Shown here: in pieces, positions 19,752-30,430 of the stretch | How the letters are laid out: every line of letters begins with the position of its first letter | Numbering within the stretch: position 1 is the first letter of the stretch | Assembly (NCBI GenBank): GCA_046758745.1 | Contig: JBHIAV010000018.1 | Span: forward strand, 1 to 47,353 | Direction: 5' to 3' | Length of the DNA: 47,353 nucleotides | From: Gemmatimonadota bacterium | GTDB taxonomy: Bacteria; Gemmatimonadota; Gemmatimonadetes; Palauibacterales; Palauibacteraceae | Made by a program: the position numbers and the translations under genes | Notes under the pieces: model-generated | The model's input: the letters and a program-made list of their open reading frames with translations, nothing else | What the model was told of the DNA's origin: nothing | The model's database searches: none

Positions 19752-21952
19752 GTGGAGGTTCGTCGTCGTCCGCTGTCCGCCGTGCTCTTCTTGCTTCTCG
19801 TCCACCTCTCCGTACCCTCCCGCGTCGCCGCTCAGCGCCACGACGCCGGGGCGAGCGGGCCCGACGAGGTGGAGATCCCGTACACGAGGTTCGTCCTCGA
19901 CAACGGGCTGACCCTGATCGTTCACGAGGACCGGAAGGCCCCGATCGTCGCCGTCAACGTCTGGTACCACGTCGGGTCCAAGAACGAGAGGCCCGGCAAG
20001 ACCGGGTTCGCGCACCTGTTCGAGCACCTGATGTTCAACGGGAGCGAGAACTACGACGACGACTACTTCCAGGCCCTCGAGCCTCTCGGCGCGACGGACC
20101 TGAACGGTACGACCAATCCCGACCGCACCAACTACTTCCAGAACGTCCCCACGCCCGCGCTCGACTTCGTCCTGTGGATGGAGTCGGACCGCATGGGGCA
20201 CCTCCTGGGCGCGGTGACCGAGGAGAAGCTGAACGAGCAGCGCGGTGTGGTACAGAACGAGAAGCGCCAGGGGGAGAACCAGCCGTACGGCGTCACCCGC
20301 CAGCTCCTCACCGAGAACACATATCCGGCGGGGCACCCGTACTCGTGGACGACCATCGGTTCGATGGAGGACCTCGACGCCGCGAGCCTCGAGGACGTGC
20401 ACGAGTGGTTCAAGACGTACTACGGTGCAGCCAACGCGGTGATCGTTCTGGCGGGCGACATCGACGCCGAGACGGCACGACGGAAGGTCGAGAGGTACTT
20501 CGGCGACATCCCGAGCGGCCCGCCCGTGGCGAAGCAGGAGCTGTGGATCGCCAAGATGACGGGCACGCACCGGCAGACGGTCCAGGACCGCGTCCCCCAG
20601 GCACGGATCTACAAGGTGTGGAACGTGCCCGAGTGGGGGTCGGCGGACGCCACGTACCTCGACCTGGTGAGTGACGTCCTCTCCTCGGGCAAGACATCCC
20701 GCCTCTTCAAGCGGCTCGTGTACGACGATCAGATCGCCAGCGACGTCTCCGCCTTCGTGTCGCCGCGTGAGATCGGCAGCCAGTTCCGGATCGTCGCCAC
20801 GGCCAGGCCGGGGGAGGATCTGGCCCGGGTGGAGCGGGCGATCGACGAGGAGCTGGAGCAGTTCCTGCGCGAGGGACCGAGTCCGCAGGAGCTGCGGCGC
20901 GTCCAGACCCAGTACCGGGCGAACTTCATCCGCGGCATCGAGCGGATCGGCGGCTTCGGCGGGAAGTCGGATGTCCTCGCGATGAACGAGGTGTACGGCG
21001 GCAGCCCGGACTTCTACAAGGTCACCAACCGGCGCGTGCGCGAGGCGACGGTGGCGGAGCTCAAGGACGCGGCGAACCGCTGGCTCTCGGACGGCGTGTA
21101 CATCCTCGAGGTCCACCCCTTCCTGCTTCCATCTTCCATCGCACGTGGCTGAGGCCGAACAACGCCACGCTGGTGATCGTCGGCGCGACCACCCTGGACG
21201 AGATCCTCCCGAAGGTCGAGCGGCGATTCGGAGACTGGAAGCCCGGCGACGTGCCGAAGAAGAACCTCGGGGAGGTGGCCCACAGGTCCGAGTCCGCGGT
21301 CTACCTGATGGACCGCCCCGGGGCCATCCAGTCGATCATCTTCGCCGGGCACGTCGCACCGCCCAAGGCCAATCCCCACGAGATCGCCATCGAGTCGATG
21401 AACCAGATCCTCGGCGGGCAGTTCATCTCTCGGGTCAACCTGAACCTGCGCGAGGACAAGCACTGGTCATACGGCGCCTTCACCTTCCTATGGGACGCCA
21501 AGGGGCAGCGGCCCTTCATCGCCTACGCCCCGGTGCAGACCGACAAGACGAAAGAGTCGATGGCCGAGGTCCTGAAGGAGCTGCGCGGCATCCGGGGGGA
21601 GATCCCGATGACGGCCGAGGAGCTGGAGAAGGCGAAGAAGAGCCTCACCCTCACCCTCCCCGGGCGGTGGGAGACGATGAGCGCCGTCGGGGGGTCCCTC
21701 TCGGAGATCGTCCGATTCGGCTTTCCGGATGATCACTTCGCGACGTACGCCTCACGTGTCCTGGCGCTGTCGCTGGCGGAGGTCGCCGAGGCGGCGCGGG
21801 ACGTCGTCCACCCCGACCGCTTGGTATGGGTCGTGGTCGGGGACCGTGAGAAGATCGAGGCCGGGATCCGGGAGCTCGGTCTCAGCGAGGTGAGGCTGAT
21901 CGACGCGGACGGCCGGCCGCTCGACGTCGAACGGCACACGACGGGGGGGTAG
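19752..21952 (+). pseudogene. M16 (PqqL-like) zinc protease split by an internal deletion/frameshift: 19752..21152 and ~21131..21952
   Basis: GTG 19752 after AGGAGG; signal peptide; HLFEH, NGTT, QNEKR; frame 1 ends shortly after LEVHPF and another frame resumes mid-domain at FHRTWLRPNNATLVIVG. Confidence 0.8.
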
Positions 21953-22157
21953 GCCACGGGCGACCGGCAGCCGCCCGCTCGCGCACGCCGTCCGCCGGCC
22001 GTCCACCGGCCGGCCAAGACTCTGGCCTTGGCCCGGAACGGGCCTTATATGTGGTGCCGACCTCTCGCGGTCGATACCGGCCGCCAGCGCGCCACAGCGC
22101 GGTGGCCGCCCCGGGAACCATGTCCCGTACCTGCACGCGACCCGAGAAGGGAGCCGC

Positions 22158-23924
22158 ATGGAGACGCTGGCCCACGACATCCTTCTGGTCGGCGGCGGTG
22201 GGGCGGGCCTCCGGGCGGCCATCGCGGCGGCCGAAGTGAATCCGGACCTCGGCATCGGCGTCATCTCCAAGGTCTATCCGATGCGGAGTCATACCGTCTC
22301 CGCCGAGGGGGGAGCGGCCGCCGTCATCAAGGCAGAGGACAGCCTCGACGCGCACGCTTACGATACGATCAGCGGCGGGGACTGGCTGTGTGACCAGGAC
22401 GCCGTCGAGCTGTTCGTAAGCGAGGCGCCGGACGAGATGCTTCGCCTCGAGCACTGGGGGTGCCCGTGGAGCCGCGATTCGGATGGCCGGATCGCCGTGC
22501 GGTCGTTCGGGGGGATGAAGATCGAGCGCACCTGGTTCGCGGCCGACAAGACGGGCTTCCATCTGCTCCACACCCTCTACCAGACATCCCTCAGGTACGC
22601 CCGTCTCGCGTATTATGACGAGTGGTTCGTGACGCATCTTCTGGTGGACGAGGGACGCTGCCAGGGCGTGGTGGCCCTCGAGATCGCCACCGGACGTGTG
22701 CAGGCGCTGCTCGCCGGGGCGGTGATCCTGTGCACGGGCGGGTTCGGACGCGTCTTCTCGTTCACCACGAACGCGAACATCAAGACGGGCGACGGCTGCG
22801 CGCTGGCCTATCGCGCGGGGGTGCCACTCAAGGACATGGAGTTCGTCCAGTATCACCCCACAGGCCTCCCCTTCACGGGCATCCTCATCACGGAGGCCGC
22901 CCGGGCCGAGGGGGGATGGCTCGTCAACAAGGACGGATACCGCTACCTGCAGGACTACGACCTCGGCGTCCCGCAGCCGAAGCCGGTGAAGCGATCGATG
23001 GAGCTCGGGCCGCGCGATCGCCTTTCGCAGGCCTTCGTCAAGGAGCGAGAGAAGGGACGCACGATCTCGACGCCGCACGGCGACGTGGTACACCTCGACA
23101 TCCGCCACCTCGGCTCGGAGATCGTGAACCGCAAGCTCCCCTTCGTCCGAGAGCTGTGCGTCAAATACCAGAACCTGGACCCGCTCGAGGAGATGATCCC
23201 GGTCCGTCCCGTCGTTCACTACATGATGGGCGGGATCCACACCGATCTCGACGGCGCCACCCCGCTGTCGGGGCTGTACGCAGCGGGTGAGGCCGCTTGC
23301 GTCAGCATCAACGGTGCGAACCGGCTGGGCTCCAACTCCCTCACCGAACTGCTGGTGTTCGGCGCGCGCGCCGGGCGGGCCGCGGCCGAGTTCGCCGCAG
23401 CCCATCCGGTGTCGAACCGCAGGGCGCTGTTCGCACAGGCGCTCGACGAGGAGCGGCGCCTCCAGAAGGAGCTGCTGGCCCGCAGCGGGGGCACGGAGCG
23501 CGTGGCGGTCCTCCGCTCGGAGATGCAGCAGGTGATGGAGGAGGGAGTGGGGATCTACCGGGACGAGGCGGGACTGCGGGCGGCGGCGGCGGCGATCGCG
23601 GGTCTCGGCGAGAGGTTCCGGAACGTGTCGCTGGACGACCATAGCCGCACCTTCAACACCGAGCTCATCGCCTGCCTGGAGCTGTCGTACATGCTCGACC
23701 TGGCGGAGACGATCATCCAATCCGCCCTGGCCAGGAAGGAGTCGCGAGGGGCGCACCAGCGCACCGACCATCCGGAGCGTGACGACCGGAAGTACCTCGC
23801 CCACTCGCTGGTGTACCGCACCGAGGAGGGACCTGCGAGGATCGAGTACCTGCCGGTGACCATCACGCGCTGGCCGGCGGCCGAGCGGGTGTATGGGCGG
23901 GAGTCGACGGCGGCGGCGACATAG
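22158..23924 (+). CDS. frdA: Fumarate reductase/succinate dehydrogenase flavoprotein subunit
   Basis: GGGGAG, covalent-FAD [38 protein letters not shown]. Confidence 0.95.
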   Translation: METLAHDILLVGGGGAGLRAAIAAAEVNPDLGIGVISKVYPMRSHTVSAEGGAAAVIKAEDSLDAHAYDTISGGDWLCDQDAVELFVSEAPDEMLRLEHWGCPWSRDSDGRIAVRSFGGMKIERTWFAADKTGFHLLHTLYQTSLRYARLAYYDEWFVTHLLVDEGRCQGVVALEIATGRVQALLAGAVILCTGGFGRVFSFTTNANIKTGDGCALAYRAGVPLKDMEFVQYHPTGLPFTGILITEAARAEGGWLVNKDGYRYLQDYDLGVPQPKPVKRSMELGPRDRLSQAFVKEREKGRTISTPHGDVVHLDIRHLGSEIVNRKLPFVRELCVKYQNLDPLEEMIPVRPVVHYMMGGIHTDLDGATPLSGLYAAGEAACVSINGANRLGSNSLTELLVFGARAGRAAAEFAAAHPVSNRRALFAQALDEERRLQKELLARSGGTERVAVLRSEMQQVMEEGVGIYRDEAGLRAAAAAIAGLGERFRNVSLDDHSRTFNTELIACLELSYMLDLAETIIQSALARKESRGAHQRTDHPERDDRKYLAHSLVYRTEEGPARIEYLPVTITRWPAAERVYGRESTAAAT

Positions 23925-24009
23925 GGGAAGTGACGGAAGCCGGCCCGGGTCGGTCGACGAGGCGGTGCAACGCGCGCCCTCGGCCACAAGAACAGGACGG
24001 AGGGACGAC

Positions 24010-24753
24010 ATGGCGGAATCGGTCACCCTGAGGGTTCGTCGCTATCGTCCCGAAGAGGAAGCCGAGCCGACCTGGGAGAGCTACGAGGTACCGTTCCGCG
24101 AAGAGTGGATGGTCCTCGATGCCCTCAACTACATCAAGGACCACGTCGACGGAAGCCTCTCCTACCGATGGGCGTGCCGCATGGGGGTGTGCGGGAGCTG
24201 CGGGATGACGGTGAACGGGGAGCCCACCCTCACCTGCGCCATCTACGTCGCGTCGCTCCTCCCCGGCCCGATCAGGGTCGAGCCGCTCCGCGGCTTCCCC
24301 GTCATCCGCGACCTGGTCGGCGATCTCACCCCTTTCCTCGACAAGCTCCGGCGCGTGAAGCCATGGATCATCCGGGACGACGAGAGGCCACTGGAGGAGG
24401 GCGAATACCGACAGACGCCGGAGGAGCTCGCCGAGTACCAGCAGTACAGCATGTGCATCAACTGCATGCTGTGCTACGCGGCGTGCCCGATCTACGAGCT
24501 CGAGCCCGATTTCATCGGACCCGCGGCGATCGCTCTCGCCCAGCGGTACAACCTGGACTCGCGGGACGAGGGGGCGGAGGAGCGGATGGACGTCCTCTCG
24601 CAGCACGACGGCATCTGGGCGTGTACCTTCGTGGGCGAGTGCTCGGTCGTGTGCCCGAAGAACGTGGATCCGGCCGGGGCGATCCAGCGGTACAAGGTCA
24701 CGGCGACCGCACAGTGGTTCAAGTCGCTCCTTCTGCCGTGGGGACGGCGGTGA
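24010..24753 (+). CDS. frdB: Fumarate reductase iron-sulfur subunit
   Basis: CRMGVCGSC...[28 protein letters not shown] 24010. Confidence 0.95.
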   Translation: MAESVTLRVRRYRPEEEAEPTWESYEVPFREEWMVLDALNYIKDHVDGSLSYRWACRMGVCGSCGMTVNGEPTLTCAIYVASLLPGPIRVEPLRGFPVIRDLVGDLTPFLDKLRRVKPWIIRDDERPLEEGEYRQTPEELAEYQQYSMCINCMLCYAACPIYELEPDFIGPAAIALAQRYNLDSRDEGAEERMDVLSQHDGIWACTFVGECSVVCPKNVDPAGAIQRYKVTATAQWFKSLLLPWGRR

Positions 24754-24853
24754 GATCCCGGCCCATCCTCGGCCGCACGCCCGGGGCGGCTTCAGCGGCC
24801 CGGGCCGACCATCCCCGCCGCTGGCCGTCGGATGGGGAGCCGTGGAGGCGGCG

Positions 24854-25273
24854 ATGGACCGGGTGAACGAGCGCTACCGTTTGTACCACCCGAAGTGGCA
24901 CCGGCGACGAATACCCATCTTCTGGTGGCTGGGGAAGGCGTCGTACACCAGGTTCATCGCGCGCGAGCTGACGAGCCTCTTCGTGGCGTATGCCGCGGTC
25001 GTGCTGGCGGTGCAGCTCCTCGCCCTGGCGCGTGGCGAGGCGGCGTATTCCCGCTTCGCGGCGTGGCTCGGCTCGGGCCCCGTGCTGGTCGCACACGGGA
25101 TCGTCCTGCTGGTCGTGCTCTTCCACACGATCACCTGGCTCAGTCTCGCGCCGAAGGCGCTGGTCATCCGCCTCCGCGGGCGCCGGCTGCCGGATCGGGT
25201 CGTGGTCGCGGGCCACTACACGGGCTGGGCGGCGGCTTCCGCGCTCGTCGCCTGGTTCCTGCTGGGGGGGTAG
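24854..25273 (+). CDS. frdC: Fumarate reductase membrane anchor subunit C
   Basis: WW...Y.RFI.RELTS, FHTITW.SLAPKA, three TM helices. Confidence 0.9.
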   Translation: MDRVNERYRLYHPKWHRRRIPIFWWLGKASYTRFIARELTSLFVAYAAVVLAVQLLALARGEAAYSRFAAWLGSGPVLVAHGIVLLVVLFHTITWLSLAPKALVIRLRGRRLPDRVVVAGHYTGWAAASALVAWFLLGG

Positions 25274-25275
25274 CC

Positions 25276-25626
25276 GTGCGAAGGTCGAGGGAGCCCTTTC
25301 TGTGGGCCATGTTCAGCGGCGGGGGGATGCTGAGCGCGCTCTTTCTCCCTGCGCTCATCGCCATCCTGTGGATCGCCGCGCCGCTGGGCTGGACGGAGCC
25401 GCTCGCCTACGCCGACCTCGCGGGCGTCGTCCGCGCCCCGCTCGCGCGGCTCTTCCTGTTCGGCCTCATCGCCCTCTCTCTCTTCCATTGGGCCCACCGG
25501 TTCCGCTACACGCTGTACGACGGCTTGCAGCTGTATCACCTGAACCGGCTCATCGCCGTCCTCACGTACGGGATGGCCTCGGCGGGGACGGGGATCGCCT
25601 TCTACATTGTCTGGTTTCTGTTGTGA
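25276..25626 (+). CDS. frdD: Fumarate reductase membrane anchor subunit D
   Basis: GTG 25276: RRSREPFLWAMFSGGGM, FHWAHR, typical of FrdD. Confidence 0.9.
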   Translation: MRRSREPFLWAMFSGGGMLSALFLPALIAILWIAAPLGWTEPLAYADLAGVVRAPLARLFLFGLIALSLFHWAHRFRYTLYDGLQLYHLNRLIAVLTYGMASAGTGIAFYIVWFLL

Positions 25627-25632
25627 GGAGTC

Positions 25633-26151
25633 ATGTCCACCGAGACGCCGCATTTCGAGCTCAAGCCCCTATCGCGCGAGGGGATCGAAGCCGCCCTGAA
25701 GAAGGCCGAGCGCTACCGGCTGCTGAACGAACCGTGGGAGGCGGAGAGCATCTGCCGGGACATCCTGGAGAACGACCCTGAGAACCAGGACGCGTTGATC
25801 GCCTTGATCCTCGCCCTTACCGATCAGATCCGCCTCTCCGCGTCGGCGGACGTGGGAAGCGTCCAGGAGCTCCTCCCGCGGCTGAAGGGGGAGTACGAGC
25901 GAGCCTACTACGCAGGGATCCTGGCCGAGCGCCGGGGCAAGGCCCTGCTCAAACGCGGTGCACCGGGCTCTGGACCGCTGATCTACGACTGGTTGCGCAG
26001 GGCGATGGAGCACTATGAGGAAGCCGAGCGGCTGCGCCCGCCGGGCAACGAGTCGTCCATCCTTCGCTGGAACACCTGCGCGCGGATCATCATGCGGCAC
26101 GAGCACATCAGGCCGGCGCCTCGCGAGCGCACGCCGACCTTCCTGGAGTAG
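25633..26151 (+). CDS. Conserved helical (TPR-like) hypothetical protein
   Basis: AGGAG RBS overlapping frdD stop; KAERYRLLNEP.EAESIC, YERAYYAG, LRWNTCAR. Confidence 0.8.
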   Translation: MSTETPHFELKPLSREGIEAALKKAERYRLLNEPWEAESICRDILENDPENQDALIALILALTDQIRLSASADVGSVQELLPRLKGEYERAYYAGILAERRGKALLKRGAPGSGPLIYDWLRRAMEHYEEAERLRPPGNESSILRWNTCARIIMRHEHIRPAPRERTPTFLE

Positions 26152-26177
26152 GGGTACCGCGGCCGGGCCGTGTCGGC

Positions 26178-28481
26178 ATGAAGATCGGTATCACGACGCG
26201 GGTCGCGGTCAGCAGCTTCGCCATCGTGCTGCTCACCGTCGGGGCGGCGATGTTCGTCGCCCTCTCGTCGACGCTGGGCTCCCTCCGACAGTCGATCGGC
26301 AAGGATCTGCAGGACCTCGCGGCGACCACGGCGGCCGAGATCGATAAAATCGTCGCCGGGAGCATGACCGAGCTTCGTATCCTCTCCCGGGCCGACGTCT
26401 TCGAGCAGGAAGACCCCGAGGCGATGGGCCGGTACCTGTCGGAGGCCGTCCGCGTGAGCCCGAGCTTCAGCCGACTCGTCGTTCTCGACCTGAGGGGCCG
26501 GATCCTCGCGTCGTCGGAGGCAGGGCGTCTGGGCGAGAGACCGCTGGCCGAGGACTCCGTGGCCACCGAGCTCTTTCGCCGACTGGTGATGGGAAGACAG
26601 GGGGAGGTTTTTTTTCGCGACGTTCACCCGGTGGACGAGGATGTCGAGCTGCTCCTGATGACCCCGATCACCGACGAGCAGAATGTGCTCGTGATCCGAG
26701 GGCTCCTCGCATCGCTCTCGCTGGACGAGCTGCGACAGCGCGTGGCCGAGATCGACCGGAGCACGATCGGACGGAAGGCGGCCTATCTGGTGAACCGCCG
26801 CGGTGAGGTGATCTTCACCCTCGATCCCGATGCGGTCCCTTTCCTTCCCCTTCCGGACGCGGCCGTCAGCCCCGGCCTGCGACAGCTGCTCGGGGGGGAG
26901 AAGGAGGGGTTCCTCCGCTATGTGGACCACGCCGGCGACCCCGTGCTGGCCGCGTACGCCGATCTGGCGGAGTACGGCGTGAACAGGGGAGGCGACTGGT
27001 CTCTCATCTCGGTCGCCCCGGAGGCCGAGCTCCTCGCGCCGGTGACGGCGCTTCGTAACCGGCTCCTCGTGGTGGGGCTGGGTGCGCTCCTCCTGGCCGC
27101 CCTCCTCACCGGCCTCGCCGCGCGCCGCGCCATCGCCCCCCTCGGCCGGCTCACCCGGGCGACCCGCGAGCTGCGCGATGGGGCTCGGGAAACGCGGGTT
27201 CGGATCGAAAGGCACGACGAGATCGGGCAGCTCGCCGGAGCCTTCAACGCGATGGCCCGCACGCTGGAGACGCAGCGCTCCACGCTTCGAGAGGCGACCG
27301 CGGAGCGGGAGCGATTCGCCGCCGTCCTCCGCGAGGCGAGGGATCTGGTGGCCATCGCGGATCCCCAGGGGCACCTGCTCTATCTGAATCGGGCGGGGCG
27401 CCGGCTCCTGGAGATCGGCGAAGAAGAGAGCCTGGACGGGGTCCGAGCGCGGGACCACTACACCGAGTCAGCGCGGCGGCTGATTGCGGTGCACGGCCTT
27501 CCGGCGGCGCTTCGTGACGGGGTGTGGTCGGGAGAGACGATGATTCGAAGCCGGCGCGGCGAGGAGATCCCGGTGTGGCAGACTCTCATCGCCCAGCGTG
27601 ACCAGGCCGGCGAGCTCGCGTACACGTCGGCGATCGCCCGGGATCTGCGCGAGCGCAAACGGCTGCATGACGAGCTGCTCCGAGCCCAGAGGAATGAGGC
27701 CGTGGGAGAGCTCTCGCGGGCCATCGCCCGCGACTTCGACAACCTGATCACCGCCGTCGTCGGTTACGCCGACCTCGCCCTGTCCTCCGTGCCGCCGAGC
27801 TCCCCGCTCCGCGCGGATCTGAAGGAGATCCGTCGGGCGGGCCGCCAGGCAGCCGCTCTGGCCGCGCAGCTGCTGGCCTTCGCCAGCCGGCAGGGCGATG
27901 CCCCTCGCCTCGCCGATCCGAACCGAGTGATCCTCGACCTCGGCCCGGTGCTTCGACGGCTGCTCGGCGGTGGCATCGAGCTGCTGATTCTGCCGGAGGA
28001 GGGGTTGGGGCCGGTCGCGATCGACCCGGCCCGGCTCGAGCAGGTGATCGTGAACCTGACACTCCGCGCGCGAGAGGCGATGCCGACCGGCGGCCGTCTG
28101 GTTGTCGAGACGAAGAAGGTCGCGCTGGACGAGCAATCCGCGAGCGGCGCTGCCGACGTGCCGTCGAGCCCACACGTGTTGGTCGCCGTGCGCGACACGG
28201 GCGAGGCGATGAACGAGGACGAGCTGGCGCACATCTTCGACCCGTTCCCAGGGGGCGCAGGGCCGAGATGGGAATCCGGTCCCCCTCTTTCGACCTCGCA
28301 CGCGATCGTCGCGCAGGCCGGCGGCCACATGCTGGCGTACAGCCTGCCGGGGGAAGGGAGCAGCTTCGAGATCTACCTTCCGGTTTCGGACGTGGAGGCG
28401 GACGCGCGGTCCGCGGCGGATCTCGGCGAGCCCCACGCGAGCGACCGCGAGACCATCCTCGTCTCGGAGGAGGAGAGCTAG
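26178..28481 (+). CDS. Cache-HAMP-PAS sensor histidine-kinase-like protein with degenerate catalytic motifs
   Basis: Two TM helices, HAMP DEIGQLA..FN.M, PAS; H-box reads IARDFDN, N-box NLTLRA, G2 ESGPPL; ends at a receiver-domain start ETILVSEEES. Confidence 0.85.
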   Translation: MKIGITTRVAVSSFAIVLLTVGAAMFVALSSTLGSLRQSIGKDLQDLAATTAAEIDKIVAGSMTELRILSRADVFEQEDPEAMGRYLSEAVRVSPSFSRLVVLDLRGRILASSEAGRLGERPLAEDSVATELFRRLVMGRQGEVFFRDVHPVDEDVELLLMTPITDEQNVLVIRGLLASLSLDELRQRVAEIDRSTIGRKAAYLVNRRGEVIFTLDPDAVPFLPLPDAAVSPGLRQLLGGEKEGFLRYVDHAGDPVLAAYADLAEYGVNRGGDWSLISVAPEAELLAPVTALRNRLLVVGLGALLLAALLTGLAARRAIAPLGRLTRATRELRDGARETRVRIERHDEIGQLAGAFNAMARTLETQRSTLREATAERERFAAVLREARDLVAIADPQGHLLYLNRAGRRLLEIGEEESLDGVRARDHYTESARRLIAVHGLPAALRDGVWSGETMIRSRRGEEIPVWQTLIAQRDQAGELAYTSAIARDLRERKRLHDELLRAQRNEAVGELSRAIARDFDNLITAVVGYADLALSSVPPSSPLRADLKEIRRAGRQAAALAAQLLAFASRQGDAPRLADPNRVILDLGPVLRRLLGGGIELLILPEEGLGPVAIDPARLEQVIVNLTLRAREAMPTGGRLVVETKKVALDEQSASGAADVPSSPHVLVAVRDTGEAMNEDELAHIFDPFPGGAGPRWESGPPLSTSHAIVAQAGGHMLAYSLPGEGSSFEIYLPVSDVEADARSAADLGEPHASDRETILVSEEES

Positions 28482-28548
28482 GCACGGCCCACCGCCGGCC
28501 TCCGAGCCGCTCGAGTCTCCGCTTCGCGGGGAACGCGGGAGCGTGAGG

Positions 28549-28758
28549 CTAGGAGAGCTGGATCGTGTCCTCGACCTGAAAGCGCAAGCCGATCGAGGGG
28601 ATGTCGAGCGTCACCTTGGCCTCGAGACCCTCGTCGCCCGACAGCGCTCCCGTGCGGACCGCCTCCCCGACGGCCTTCTCGATCTCCCGCTGCGCACCAA
28701 CGCCGAAGCGCTTCAGGAGCCGGCGGACCTCGAGGTTGAGCTTCTGTTCGTCCAGCAT
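28549..28758 (-). CDS. Small conserved protein (DUF6494-like)
   Basis: LNLEVRRLLKRFGVGAQREIEKAV pattern. Confidence 0.7.
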   Translation of the reverse strand: MLDEQKLNLEVRRLLKRFGVGAQREIEKAVGEAVRTGALSGDEGLEAKVTLDIPSIGLRFQVEDTIQLS

Positions 28759-28831
28759 ATCGAAGGTGCGGGATTCCTGGACCTAATCGAGCCGGCGGGC
28801 CCGACCCTGCGGAGCCGGCCGCGACCGGCAG

Positions 28832-28996
28832 CTAGAACAGCTCGTCGTTGACCGCGTTGAAGAAGTTCTGGATCGTCGGGCCCAGAAGCCGGACCGCGAC
28901 GATCACCACGATGGCGATGAGGGCGAGAAGGATAGCGTATTCGGCCAGGTCCTGGCCGGACTCGTCTTGCCACACTACCCGGGCGAGCGCACGCAT
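28832..28996 (-). CDS. flp: Flp/Fap family type IVb pilin (54 aa, absent from ORF track)
   Basis: Hand translation MRALARVVWQDESGQDLAEYAILLALIAIVVIVAVRLLGPTIQNFFNAVNDELF; G|xxxxEY motif; AGGAGG RBS. Confidence 0.93.
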   Translation of the reverse strand: MRALARVVWQDESGQDLAEYAILLALIAIVVIVAVRLLGPTIQNFFNAVNDELF

Positions 28997-29199
28997 TCGG
29001 TGACCTCCTGCTGGTCGTGTGAGGGCGAGCTGCCTGCAATATCCGTTCTCCGCCGCTCAAACGAAAGGCTGCGACGCGCGGTGGCGGGGTTTTCCGTGCG
29101 CCCGGGTGACGGCCGGAGCCTGCTTCACGTGAACAACTTTCGCGCCATGGGCGGTTTTCCGCCCGGAGCGGCGGCCCGGCGTCGGGACACACCTCCCGG

Positions 29200-30267
29200 C
29201 TAGTCCGCGTGGTTCAGGGCGCCGGGCTCGCTGCGCTCGAAGGGCCAGTGGTGCCGCAGGCTCACCAGCAGCGCGAGGTCCTCCTCCCGATCCTCGCCGA
29301 AGAAGATCTGCGCGCCCGCGGCGATGTCGAAGCTCGTCCCGGCGATATCCTTCAGGGAGATCACGAGGCCGGGGGTGATCGCATAGATCGCCTTCGAGGC
29401 GTCCTCCTGCAGCTCCTCGAACTCCGTATTGAGCTCGATGAGCGGGACCACCCGCTCGGTGGCGAAGAAGGAGAGCGCCACGTTCCATTCGATTGCCTCG
29501 AGCTCGCTCTCTCCCTCACCCCGTGGGATGACGAACTCCGCCTCCGCGTTCGTCTGTAGCTTGAACCGGCCGGGGCCGATCGCCCAGTCGGCGGCGAAAA
29601 AGGGAGCGACCACGTACTCCTCGCCCCCGCCGACCTCCTCGAGCCCGCTGGGGAGCGACCCTTCCAGGCCCGTGGCGAGGATGATGCCGTCGCCGACCTC
29701 GGGGTGGAGGAACTCGAACTTGGCGGCCCATCCGAGGTCGCCGAGACCGCTCTCGCCGGGCGCCTCCTCCGGGTCGGTGAAGATGAGCGGCTGCGTGAGC
29801 TCGAGCGCCAGCCAGTCCGTGAAGGCGTACTCGAACACGAAGACGTTCTCGTACCGTCGACCCTCCTCGTCCTCGCGTGCGAAGCGGGCGCCGAAATCGG
29901 ATCGGAGCTTCCGGTCGACGAACGCATGCTCGGTGACGAGCGGATCGATGAAGGCGCCTACGGCCGTCTCGTGGAGTAACATCCCCCCCACGGGGTCGTG
30001 GCCTGAGACCGGAGAGGTCGCAGCTGCGGGGGCCGCGTCCGGGACGGCCGGCGTGAGCCACAGCCGAGCTGCCGACTCCGAGAGCCACAGCCGAGCCGCC
30101 GTCTCCGAGAGCACCGACGCGCGCACGAGCCGCGCATCGAGTCCCTGCGCGGCCGCAGGGCCGCTCGCCCCGAGAAGGAGAGCGAGGACCAGGCTGAGCA
30201 CCCGCGCGTCCGGGCGTTTGGGCGCGCGGCCCTGCGTGGACCTGGCAACTCCGGTTCGTCTCGCCAT
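29200..30267 (-). CDS. Acidic outer-membrane beta-barrel, MetA-phenol-degradation/SphA-like channel
   Basis: Signal peptide; FEYAFTDWLALE, ESGLGDL, LPSG, alternating beta-strands; His-containing N-terminal segment; GGAGG RBS. Confidence 0.7.
   Translation of the reverse strand: MARRTGVARSTQGRAPKRPDARVLSLVLALLLGASGPAAAQGLDARLVRASVLSETAARLWLSESAARLWLTPAVPDAAPAAATSPVSGHDPVGGMLLHETAVGAFIDPLVTEHAFVDRKLRSDFGARFAREDEEGRRYENVFVFEYAFTDWLALELTQPLIFTDPEEAPGESGLGDLGWAAKFEFLHPEVGDGIILATGLEGSLPSGLEEVGGGEEYVVAPFFAADWAIGPGRFKLQTNAEAEFVIPRGEGESELEAIEWNVALSFFATERVVPLIELNTEFEELQEDASKAIYAITPGLVISLKDIAGTSFDIAAGAQIFFGEDREEDLALLVSLRHHWPFERSEPGALNHAD
30055..30108 (-). repeat. In-frame 27-bp tandem duplication (SETAARLWL/SESAARLWL)
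   Basis: Units at 30055-30081 and 30082-30108 differ at 2 positions. Confidence 0.9.
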
Positions 30268-30377
30268 CACACACCTCCCCCTCGTATCGGGACCCACCCG
30301 GCGGGCGGGCGGGCAAATCGGAACTGTCGGAAACGCTGGGAGCCCGCGGCGCGCTCGCCCCAGAATCCGGCCCTCAG

Positions 30378-30415
30378 GCTCGCCAAGGGGCCGCCGCACG
30401 GCGGTGCCGGCGAGC
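30378..30415 (-). terminator. GC-rich hairpin after the His/Cys-rich gene (attenuator or stability element; no U-tract)
   Basis: GCTCGCC...GGCGAGC outer stem and GCCGCC/GGCGGT inner stem. Confidence 0.4.
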
Positions 30416-30430
30416 GCGGCCGGGTCGGGC

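Noticed and set aside
21119-21152. Programmed frameshift in the M16 gene
   Set aside because: A shift would not restore the missing domain segment; no slippery heptamer
26608-26615. T8 run in the pseudo-kinase as a phase-variation tract
   Set aside because: Short, in frame (Val-Phe-Phe), no evidence of length variation
29035-29050. Sigma-54 promoter for flp (GAGAACGGATATTGCA)
   Set aside because: Good -12 element, but the invariant -24 GG reads AG
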